From NCBI GenBank assembly GCA_051362555.1, contig CM120646.1:2790001-2854000 (forward strand): a stretch of 64,000 bases of DNA, read 5' to 3'. This document shows, piece after piece, positions 35,957 to 46,928 of this stretch; position 1 is the stretch's first letter; each line of letters opens with the position of its first letter. Under the pieces are notes generated by a model, which was given only the letters and a program-made list of their open reading frames with translations, had not been told where the DNA came from and ran no database searches. The DNA is from Lingula anatina. Lineage: Eukaryota > Animalia > Brachiopoda. The position numbers and the translations under genes were made by a program.

Positions 35957-38900
35957 AGGAAAGATTTTTGCTAAGTTCAACAGAAATCCCAAATTTCCTA
36001 TATAAATCAATATTCTAATCAATGACATTTCAGTTGGAATCCTTCTGTGAACTTTCCCAGGTAAGCACTTTCAGCACCCAGAAAAGAATAAACATTACAG
36101 GAACACTTACGATTAAAACATTTGATGTCCAACTTTGGGGTAATGCAATAATGAAGGTCGCACAAGCCCTTGGCGTCCTCGTACGCACCTGAGGAAAATT
36201 AACAAAATCAAAACATACTTTCCAGCTGTAAAAATATTCACAATTCATGTTGAAGTCAATAAAACTTCTTCATCATTATCACTTCTTCTTTATCATTATA
36301 ACTGTAACAACATCATTGATTTAAACTGGCCTTTTTCCTACCTTGAACCACTTCCAGAACATTGCAGTGGGGATCTATGGACCCTATATAACGCCTTTCC
36401 TGGTTCAGCTGGTTCCCAAATAACAGAACTGAAAATATATTTTTAAAAATCCATCTTACAAATGAAGTCATACAGTGAATACAAAAAAAAACAAGAAACT
36501 AATTGAATTGCTCATTACGCACTTTGTATTTATTTTTGAAATATATAATATCCATAAAATAATGAAACAAATTTAAGTGTTAAGACCTCAACATGTTCAG
36601 AAGAGAGCAAGACAAATGATCATTAATTTTACTGGGCAACTTAAGTGTTCTCTGTAAAACTATTCTATGTTTATAAAATTTCAAAAGAAAAAAATATCAA
36701 AACATCAATTCTTTTTGAAAAAATTCTTTAAGACCTTGTTCTATAACTACCAGAGTAGTGATTAAGATAAATAACTCAATATCATGACTCGGTTTCATAT
36801 TTTAAGTACTGCAATGAAAAAGGGTGTTTCAATGGCAAAGGCTATCAATGTACTGAATTCCATCATGTTCAATGAAAACCTGAAAGAAATCCAAAAACTC
36901 ATCCAATCAACAATCCACTTGAATATATGTCACATGTTCCGATTGGCTGACTTGAGGTTACAACTTGTCCCAAGGATCCTGATTGGCTGTTTAACAGAAA
37001 AATCCTAAGACTTCATTCAACCTTGACCTTCAACTTTGACCTATGACCTCTGACACTTACTATGCTGGTTGATGAGCATTCTGATACTAATTCTGCTTAT
37101 GTAGAAGCGGTTGAGGAAATACTGAATGTCTTTTCGAGTGGCGTCTTCTAGTACGCCATCTGGAGAGCTATTTGCAAGTTCCATCACGCCCTGTGGCAAG
37201 AAAACAAGGACATGGGAATGTGCAAAAACGATGCTGCCACTAGGCAACAAATAATCACATTTATGCTAATGTAATTATCAATTTAGGTCTCATAGGTTTT
37301 AAACACACTATACAAGTATGAGCTTTTTTCGCTTTGGTGTTTGCCTGGATTATTGTATGGGTTATGTTATGTTACTGCGTTTATGCATTTTGTGATTTGA
37401 TTGAAAGAAGAGGAAATAGTCAAACTGAAATAAGAGAGTCCAAATACCCAGAATGTATTACAAATGATGATGTGTACTAGTATATCCTTCTTTTTCTTCG
37501 TTTTCTTTTATGACTTGTTGTCTAAAATGAGCACACTTTAACTTAATTAAATAAAGAAATGTCAAAAAATAAATAAATTTGTAATGATGTGTGTCTGCTG
37601 TACATGTGTCACTATGAATGCATTATCACACAAAGAAGGTGGACTTCCTCACCTGTGCCATGGTTTCAACCACTGTACTGTGACGACTTCGGATCTTTTC
37701 TAAAGCTTCAGAAAATCTGAAAGCAAAGAAACATCAGATTAGAACAGCAGAATGTCTCCAACAAAGTGCCATTTCATTAAAAAAGTGTTTGTCCACAAAA
37801 TGGGTGCTATAGAGACAAAAGAAACTTGGGCTGGTGTTACTGTAACAAAATACCAGACAAGAATTACTGTAATTTATACTGTCAGTTCAGAATGGTTCAC
37901 TAATTGATCAATAAAGAACCACAAAGTTCACTCACTCTGACAAAACACTCTGGTCTGAAGAACTGGCATTCTCAAACTCCATTAGTTCTCTGAAACTCTC
38001 TTCATACCTGAAATATAAATTTTTTTAAAAGTTTCATGAACCATTATCTTTTTTCTACACATTTTGTAGAGTATATATATATATATATAAAACTATTCTC
38101 CAAGACTGACATTCTCCACAATATTAAGACACAGAAATGGGTAATTCTTGGCAAGTCATTCTGTGAAGCAGTTGCCATAGCAACATTGTATATCAGCACT
38201 GGCAAGTTGCCTTGTGTTTATCTGCACCCTGAGAGTCCTGGTGTAGGTTTTTTTTTTTTCTTAAATCTTACCATCTGTGGACGAGATCTGCTGAAGAAGT
38301 GTTCATCAGGTCTTTGGGAAGCTCTTCTATTTCTTTCAGCATATTTGCCAGTCTCACGGCAAGCTCAAACCTGAGGAACTTGAACGATTTTTGTTGGCAT
38401 GGATTCTGACCTGAAGTGAGAGGGGGGAAAAAAGATGGTTAAAAGATTGGGATAAATATGGGAAATGACTTTGCAAAATAAGTGAAAAGGTTATGGTATT
38501 ATATCTGCAAGAGGGAGGGGTGACTTATACAGAGAGAAATCATAGTAGGTAAAAGGAATTTGGTCAATTTGGCCACACGAGGGACTAAAAAAAATTGAAC
38601 TGCTGATCGATATTCCCAAAGCAACTTAATTCTGTTTAATATAATTGAAGAGATTGGCTGATTATGTTGATTTGAAAAAAAAAAAAAAAACAGTCAGCAG
38701 ACCTATGACTCAGAAGCAGTGATGAAGTATTTATAAGGGCAGAAGCTGGAAATAAAAAAATTTATGGCACATTTTGGATATATTTGGCTATACATGTGGG
38801 CTCTCAGCACTGCATGTAACCAATATTATGGACACGTAGGCAAGTCTGTACATCATTGATACATATAGTCCCTTATTAACCAAGCAAGAATACATGCAGA

Positions 38901-41900
38901 CGTCAACACACAATGCACCTACACGCACATTATTGAATAAGCTTTAAACCCTGTTTAAGGGGGTATGTAGGTAAGACAGAGTAGCTTGATTAAAAAACAC
39001 AAGAGCAGTACTGTCTAATTAGTCTTGATTCTCTTTCACATCACATAAAAATGTGACCTTTGAGGACTAGACTGGCTTATAAATGAAAAGATCTCTGACG
39101 CAGACTTCCTTAATATAATGCCAATTAATTCAATTCCCTCAATTTTGGGGGATATCCCCCTCACCCCCAATTTCCTATTGTACCCACACTGTAGAGTAAT
39201 GAGACTATTTATCTTGTTGATTAAAAAACTAGCATTTAACTCATGTACACAATATTAAGACCGGAATGTCTATTAGATTCAACCGTTCTTTAAGATGTTT
39301 CAGAACTCACAATTTCAACCATGACTCTCCAGTATCCTGTTATTCCAAAATTTGCAGATGCTTAAATCATCTATCATTAAGTCAAGAAGTCAATGTCATT
39401 TTGTTAGATTTTCCTTTTTTACAAATTAAAAAAAAAGACTACAGGGCCTGATGACTGGTACAAACATTTCTACAAGAAGTTTAATAGCAACCACACGCAT
39501 ATCATTATCAGTTAAGCCTCTATTTACAGACACATGATGGGTTTAACCTTTCTGTAAAAGTCAGAAAACATTAGAAAGATTAATAAACCAGCTTTGCAAT
39601 ATCCGATTCCCTTGAAACAATTGCTCCATGGATCCCAGAATGACTTCAGAGTTGTGAAGGAGAAATGCCAGAGAGGTCGCGCTCAGATAAGCACGTTTCT
39701 CATAGTGTGCATGCACCTCATGAACTTTCACAAACAGACAAAAAATTAATCTCCTTTTTTCAGATCTCTCTTCCTTAACATTCAAAATTTTTAGAAAATA
39801 CAGGCATTGTTGAACAACCAGGAAGAATAGAATTAGTTCACCAAGCTTGACTAAAAAAAAAAAAAAAAAAAAAAAAAGAGAGAGATGCCAAGGTGGTCTA
39901 AGGTGAAACTCGTGACTCAATGTGAAAGAAACCATGGCACGCAGCTTTTTATAGCCTTGGCGTGTTTACACGTTCGGGTCACGACTCTCAAACTTCTCTT
40001 AATCTGAAAATTTGCCCAATTACTCACAACAAGTATTCTTTCATGACATTGCCTAAGATCGAAGTCTATGCAAATCATCAGGCACTATACAAATTAGTGT
40101 TGCTAGGGTGAAAAGCCATCTGTGTATACAGTTTTACGGATTAAGCATTTAACAGAACTGCAACTTTTGGACCCCTTTGCACTCTTGCATCAAATCTGGA
40201 AAAAAGTGAATGCCATATTGCACAAAAACTTCAGTAACCTCTATAAGCCTTACAAAATAATTAAGGCAGAGCTTAGAGCAGTACCACCTTGATAACATGG
40301 TATCAGATTGGAATGATAATTAAGCCATATTCCAGTTAACAAAGTTCACCTCTCATAACAATAACAACTCCCACCCCTCATGAAAAGTTCAACCATGTGT
40401 ATCTTATCTAGGACCCAGTCAACACTTGTATATATTGAGTCTTATATATCTATTATAATAGTGGTCCTTTTTAAGTTTTTTTTCCTTCTTTATCTGTCTG
40501 AGAACACAAATGTGCATAGAAATAGCTGGGTCAATATATCTATCCATGCATATATCCTATGAAAAAAGACCATTACCATAAGTACAAAATATATGTGAGT
40601 AGTTCAATACTAGTTATTGCACAGGAATGAATAAGACAAGTCTTGTGACTAGAAAGTATATGATGAATGCCCACAAAATCTATTTTACAAAAAAAAAAAA
40701 ATTGCTGATGCTATTAGTTACGCTGTACTGAAGGATGACTCACTTCTGACAGATCAGGGACTTGTTCCACAAAAGCACTTTAAGACACAAAATTGGTCTT
40801 AACTTAAAGACCAACCCCTTCACCTAATAAAGACCTATTCAGTAATATGAATTTGTTACAGTAGTATATTTAAATGAACTATATCCATTTTCTGATAGAA
40901 AAAAGTCAGCAGTTTAGGCCAATGGTTACTTTACTATAGAAGACAAAAGCACATGTTTATTCTGAACAGCAATCAGGACAAAACGTTTCAGCTATAACTT
41001 CCATTATTTTATGCAACCGGCGCTCCAGGCCTCAGAACCAGTTCAAACCAGTTCAGACCGGTTGATAAGGGAAAGAAAGCAATATTGCATGACAGGCAGT
41101 ATTCAAATAAGATAATAAATACTTAACCCAATTTCATTAACTCGCACATATATTATTTTTTCCACTGTAAAAACAAATCATTTTCATAAATGTGGTTTGC
41201 ATATATACTGTCTGTGTCTTGCATCAGAATTTTTCTTTTCTTCTGACAGAATTTTTATGGGATTGAGGGAGGGGGGGTGGCAAGTTAACATTTAAATTTG
41301 AAAAACACGACGATGCATCATTACATTTGCAATTAACATATGCATTAATTCAATCAAAATAACATCTTTAATGAACAGTGTATAAAATTCTTACATAACC
41401 AATGACCTGGCATTTGTTTACAGGTCAAACCTAAGCCGGCTGACATGATAATATTTGTTTGCTGGTCATGATAAGCTGTCCAAGGGCACTCTTTCACATA
41501 CAGTGCAGCCACGGTATAAGTCAAGAATCTTTACGCAAGACCACTAAAAGACTGATTACAGAATTAAGAAATGCACTTTCTGTGGAAATCTGTAAGCTAA
41601 TAAAAAGTATCTTTCTTTGTATTTTGAAAATTCTTGTGAAGTCGTCCTATTGTTGAAAACAAAATATTTTAATCAGAAATAAATGTGCACTTGTATTATA
41701 CATGTCAGACCTGTAATTTATCTAATAAATTCAAAGCTTTCGTGTCTATCTCCTATAAATAATAATCTTTCTTCGGTGCAATAACAGTCCTATCAATTAT
41801 GAAATTAGGCATACAATAAATCTGTCTTTTCAAATAAATAAATTAAACTTTCCTGGAATTTATTTTAAGATAAATGCTAACATATAACTGCAAATTCTAT

Positions 41901-42197
41901 TCCAACTCCAATTATTAAACTAAATAACATTCATAAAAATTAAATAGGATTTAGCACGCAAATCATGAAAACGTCGACCGATGTGCAAGAGGCTACAGCC
42001 GGCAAAACACAATTGGACTTTGGACCCTGCTTTGCGTCGTATGCTTTCTTACCAAAATCTAATAGATTTCGCAGCGAGAGCGGTGCTGGGTTGAATTCTG
42101 CGTATTTCTTCACCACGCTGATGGCTGCTGGCTGACATCTAAATCGTCTGACAAAACCCAACGGCCGGCTGGGTCGAAGAAGCGCAGACTTCATCAT
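33992..42197 (-). CDS. PDK: Mitochondrial pyruvate dehydrogenase (acetyl-transferring) kinase, about 427 aa, 12 coding exons
   Basis: Exons: 42053-42197, 38272-38410, 37936-38007, 37653-37716, 37061-37190, 36342-36428, 36111-36188, 35669-35853, 35371-35475, 35004-35117, 34447-34558, 33992-34044. It has an Arg-rich presequence, [56 protein letters not shown]-box [10 protein letters not shown]1 DQGGG, G2 [21 protein letters not shown] and the C-terminal DW motif. Confidence 0.95.
39910..39985 (-). promoter_or_regulatory. Putative intronic promoter/enhancer module in PDK intron 1 (TATA, FOXO-type and AP-1 motifs)
   Basis: TATAAAAA on the minus strand at 39946-39953, TGTTTAC at 39963-39969, GTCACGAC at 39978-39985, TGACTCA at 39913-39919. 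Confidence 0.35.
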
Positions 42198-42449
42198 TTT
42201 GTTGGTCGCGATGAATGAATCAGATTTCCAAATCAAAACAAAGGATAAACTATTGCACTAATCTGACTAAAACTGCGTATAATAGACGGTTCCCTCTGTC
42301 TAAGACAACAGTACATAGTCCTCTTCCAAATCCAGTGTTTTTCCAGACCCATTCAGACAATAAAACAGATCAAATGAGGAAAATCCGCAAGATGATACGC
42401 AAACGTCCTTGCGGTGTTACCGACAATGGCGACCTAAAGTACTGACACA

Positions 42450-42540
42450 CTTTCAAAGGTCAGTGGGTGTTTTCAGAACACTTGATCTTGATTTGTCAAT
42501 GGATTGACCTTGAAACTACGTTCTCTCTTCTCATTGGCTG
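42450..42540 (-). promoter_or_regulatory. PDK proximal promoter motifs (ERR-type element, nuclear-receptor half-site, CCAAT)
   Basis: TGACCTTGA (= TCAAGGTCA) at 42505-42513, AAAGGTCA at 42455-42462, ATTGG at about 42533. Confidence 0.45.
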
Positions 42541-43262
42541 AATTGTGCCCTTGAGCGGCACACCTTCTCTATTCACCGCATCTATGTTTTCATCCAGATG
42601 TTTGACAGATTACGGAGTTTTAGTAAAATTTTTCTCAAAATAAACATCACTGGACAAGAACGACATTGACCAAAAGTAACCACCGAACTATATGCGTACA
42701 TGTTTTCGACGTTTTTAAATGGAACGGGCATTTTATTTGTTTTATTTTTCTACATTGACATTGCTCTGTGTCTTGTATCGCGGACACTGTCGCAACCCAC
42801 CAATATCATTGTAAATAAATAAAAGTAAGTTTCCTTTTTTACATTAGACTTAATTTCAACAAAGTTATTCCATACGTTTAACATTGTAAGCTGCGCCACA
42901 ATATTACTCCTAAGACTTTTCAGTAGCTGTGTTTCCAAAACAATAAATGACAACAATATTAACGATTTTGAGCCTCTTTCAATCCTGCAGTAATTTTTGC
43001 CTGTGAATTGCAAGCATATATCTACCCACCGAACTTAAGATATCCTCCTAACGTCAGCGGCGTTGGGTTGTGTTTACAAGCATAGAACTCGAATCTACGC
43101 GCCAAATGGTCCCTCTCCGTCGTCCTCCGCACACATCCCTGAGCCAGAGTCGCTAACAATCTTCCCGAAATCTTCATCTTGTCTCAGTCCTTTGAAATCT
43201 TGCTACAGAATCATCTGGTAGAAACTTTAAAGATATTTCCTCTGTGCTTCACCCGAACTCAC

Positions 43263-43466
43263 CCTAGTGGGTATACGTGATCCTCTCGATCAGTGTTGTC
43301 AACGTCCTATCACAAGGTAACTATTATTGTCCGGGCTCTTATATACCGCGGTTGGTATGTGCGAAGGACGCAGATGCGTGACCTTCGATAAGCAAGGGTC
43401 GTAAACATAATTATGACGTCGCATGTGGGCCAGTTTCTAACCCTAGGAATTGGGTTAACGGGGTCA
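43263..43466 (-). promoter_or_regulatory. Upstream TATA promoter plus probable short non-coding first exon of PDK (about 43263-43320)
   Basis: TATATAAG on the minus strand at 43338-43345, consensus donor G|GTGAGT at 43263/43262, TGACCTT at 43379-43385, GTAAACA at 43401-43407, CRE-like TGACGTCG at 43414-43421. Confidence 0.5.
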
Positions 43467-43601
43467 AGCACCCCGAATTTACAATATTGGCATATCTCTG
43501 CTGTTTTCAGTTACTGGAAACTTTCCAGTGAAGTCTGACACCCAGGGTACGTGGGTGTACGCAGACAGTGAAGCGATAGCTGGTGAATCACGGTGCATAT
43601 A

Positions 43602-45264
43602 CAGACTTGACATTTAATATGGAATATTTCAGTTTTAAAGGTATGCCTAGGTGAAAATGCGTTCTTTATTGAAAAAACTCAGATCTCATATAAGATATCT
43701 GACTGGAGAAGTGTGAAGACAGGTGTGTCTCTACCAATTAACTGATTACCAAGTCAGATGCATTGCTGCATTGTTTAATATGCAGTGATTTAATTGGGTA
43801 GTGCTCCTTTGGGCTGGCCAAAGCTTGGCTTTGGCGAGGCATGGTTCTGTCAAAAATGTATCCATATGTCGGCAACCATTGCATAGAAGAATTTGAAATT
43901 TTGCATGCAAGCGGTCGGTTTTACAGTGCGTAAAATGAGTTAAGCATTGTTTATCAAAATCGTTAAGCTGTGCCAGAATGGCGCGAAAAATTCAGACATT
44001 GCCAGACAGATTATTGCCCCAAACGGAACTGTCCGCACAGTTTCATAGAGTAATGTCCAGGGTTATGTACCAACACAGTCAACACGTCCAATGTATCGAT
44101 ATCTTACCACCAGGATACAGGACTCAATGTCCTTCAGGAAATGCTGCTACAATTAAACCAAAACCACCTAGTCCGTTTTAAATGAAGGGCAAATTGTCAC
44201 CAAAACGCGTTTTTCAAGGAGCTAAGCAAAGACCAAAATGGTTTCAGCAGGTTAGGATATTAGGTGACCTCTGGGGAAGCCACTGTAAACAGCAAAACAG
44301 CGTAGTCTGTTTCTCTAATGAATTTGGGACCATGACCGTTTCTGGGTAGAACACTGAAATCGCGTTGTTTTCTTTATTGAGGTCAGATTTCACCTGTACC
44401 GCCAAATTGGTCAAAAAAGCGTTTACAGACATCCTGAAGAGGCCTACGACAAGGTGTGTGCCGCTTCTGAAGTGACTAGGGCCATTGACAGCGTCAATAT
44501 TAGGAGTTGATACCACATTGGTGCCAAAACACCAATGGAGGTCATTGATGAAAACCTGAACCAGATCAAATGAAGGAATAATCTGGGAACCACTTGACTA
44601 TCTTTTGATAGGGAGCACATTAGGAACAGTTTTAGGTAGCACGATCAGATTGCTGGTTCACACAGAGAACTTTTTATAGCAGATAACTAACAGAACCAAA
44701 TGAATAAGCAGCTACCTTGGTCATCAAAATCGCCATATTTGAACCACTTCGACAATATATGGTTCGGTCAATAGTCGCCGAATCAACGGCCTGCATGTCC
44801 TACAACAAAACTGAACCAAATTGGACAAGTTTTAACCGTTGACTGGAATTTTATTCCAGATTAAATTCTAAAAAAACCTATCACAAGAAATGCCTTGCCT
44901 CTTAAAAGCTCTGGTAGCAGGAAGATAAGGTCAGGCATAGCAGCGACTGTTACTGTGACTAGACACTGACATGAGGGTCCTTTGTGGGTCGTATAACTCT
45001 TTTAAAGACGATAATTTGGAAGATATGGAGATCCAAAATATCGCTTTCAATGGTTGTCGTATGACTTAAAATTGGCAATGCATTTTTGTTTGCTTCACTG
45101 GCGAAGTCAATTAAAGAACTGATGTCGCAATGATATGGAACATTTTATCAAAAGTTATTAAAACACGATTTTGAACCTTATTTTCACTTATCAGTCTGCA
45201 AAATAGGAAAATAACTGATGAATAATGATTTAGAAAAAATATTCCATATTAAATGTCAAGTCTG
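43602..45264 (-). mobile_element. Decayed TIR DNA transposon, about 1.66 kb, TA-flanked, probably IS630-Tc1-mariner-related, with a transposase relic
   Basis: TIRs of about 28 bp, cagacttgacatttaatatggaatattt / aaatattccatattaaatgtcaagtctg, with TA on both sides. The minus-strand remnant at about 44220-44290 reads ..PRGHLIS*PAE-H-WSLLS across frameshifts, resembling the NPxExxW motif around the catalytic Glu of DDE transposases. Confidence 0.7.
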
Positions 45265-45423
45265 TATTTACATTGTACACTTATCTCTTGCGTTAAACTG
45301 TGCCATAAACACGGTTATCTATATATATAGGCCTACAATAAACAGTGCTGGTCCTTATTGCAGTAAAAAATGCCACAAGTACGCATTGTAGGCCTACTTC
45401 TTTGCTTGTAAATATATTAAGAT

Positions 45424-45819
45424 ACTAGAAAAGCACTCAGAGAGCGCAGACCTCCGCCAAGGCAGCAAAGTCTCCATCCAATGCCATTTCACCCCTAAAT
45501 TTTCATTCTATAATGATTTAGCTTTTTTTATTTATGATTATTGATTATTGATCTTGATCACCACCAAAAACTGATCGTCTGTTCCTGGCCCACTTCTGAC
45601 AGTTCTTGAAAATTACATCAAAATCGGTCTTTAACTTAGTTTTTTGATTTTTGATTATTGATTGATTATTGATCCAGATCACCACCAAAAACTAATCACT
45701 TCTAAGTTAGCCCATTTCTGACCTACCCTGAAAATTCCATCGAAATTCATCCATAACTTTTTAATTTATTTTGATGACAAACAAACAGGGGTGAAAACAA
45801 CCTCCTTAGCGGAGGTAAA
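45424..45819 (-). mobile_element. Short Helentron/Helitron-type non-autonomous element
   Basis: The minus strand starts TTACCTCCGCTAAGGAGGTTG, carries a GTTT microsatellite and two internal units of about 117 bp. It ends with subTIR GGCGGAGGT, hairpin GCGCTCTCTGAGTGC and CTAGT. Confidence 0.75.
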
Positions 45820-46595
45820 GATGAGGTTGGAGGTGAATTAGGACACACGTTTAGATAAGACTTAGAAGGGGTGGGGTTACAATATGATAATAATAATAAT
45901 GTATTATATTTTGCAAGCAATATATTGCCCGTGTTTTCGTAAAGATGAGGATCGATTTGTCGGCTCGCAGTAGTGTCATAAGTGAATGAAAGAAAAATAT
46001 GCGAGTAAAACAAAATAATACATACATGAGTAAATAGTTAAATATACAAATATAAATATAAATATAGGGAAATATCTAAGAAAGAAAGAAAGAAAGAAAG
46101 GAAGAAAGAAAAGGAAAGAGAAAGGAAGATTCACTCACCGAATTTTACGTATCCCTTTAACGTGAGTGCTGTCGGGTTTGATTTTCCATATTTTTCAATG
46201 TAATTAGCAGATTCGCTGACATTAACAACTTTGATGGCTTTTTTTGCAATTTGACAAAAACATCTAGTAATCCTCATGATTAAAATGACTATAATTTGTG
46301 AGACTTATGCGTTTAAAAAAGGTGCGACATGCAGACTGACATAGATGAAACTGATTGAGTCTATGTAAAAAAGTAGAATATAACAATCACTATGGTTTAA
46401 AACAATTTCATAATTAGCCTCTTTCGAAGATTTCTTTGGTCACTTTCCACCCGTCTGCAACAGCCTTTTTTCTGATGTAGTCTGTGTTAAATAAGTTATT
46501 CATGCATCACGGAAATCTCTCTCTCCAAAAATATCGGTTATTGTTATCTGCCTGTCCTTTGTTGTATTGATTCTGGAAATGTAGATCAATATGCA

Positions 46596-46830
46596 TGACG
46601 TCACAGTTATTATTGATAGCGCCATCTGTGCTGTCACGCCAAATTAAAGATACAACTTTCATTTCTATTCCCAACAGCCACAATATTCATCTCCAGTTTC
46701 TGTTTTCTCTTTCATCTCATGTTCAAACTATTTTATGATGAGAGATAAAAAAAAATCCTATTGGACTATCTTGTTAATGAGCAGCGCCATCTAGCTTCGA
46801 AGAAGCGCTTGCGCAACAGTCATTTCCGGG
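46596..46830 (+). promoter_or_regulatory. CDV3 promoter motifs: CRE, two CTCF-like sites, ETS
   Basis: TGACGTCA at 46596-46603, AGCGCCATCTGTG at 46618-46630, CAGCGCCATCTAGC at 46782-46795, TTCCGG at about 46824. Confidence 0.45.
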
Positions 46831-46928
46831 CATGCTCAATGTGGATCCATAAAGACATAATTTTAGACTAAAGTGTAAGAAATAAGGCACTGGGAATTAA
46901 CTTTGTCTGGTTGAACGAAACAGGCAGA

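Noticed and set aside
39561-39935. 124-aa ORF in PDK intron 1 as an alternative coding first exon
   Set aside because: It runs through a poly-T tract, has no PDK-like content and stops before the nearest donor-like site.
42198-42236. Longer PDK N-terminus (MIWKSDSFIATNK) and the equivalent CDV3 extension at 46911 from the ORF track
   Set aside because: Both rely on non-ATG (TTG) starts. The ATGs at 42197 and 46929 give the expected N-termini.
44160-44290. GFPRGHLIS and GLGGFG peptides suggesting a non-LTR reverse transcriptase
   Set aside because: The two motifs are far too close together for an RT, and the segment is bounded by TIRs and TA, which indicates a DNA transposon.
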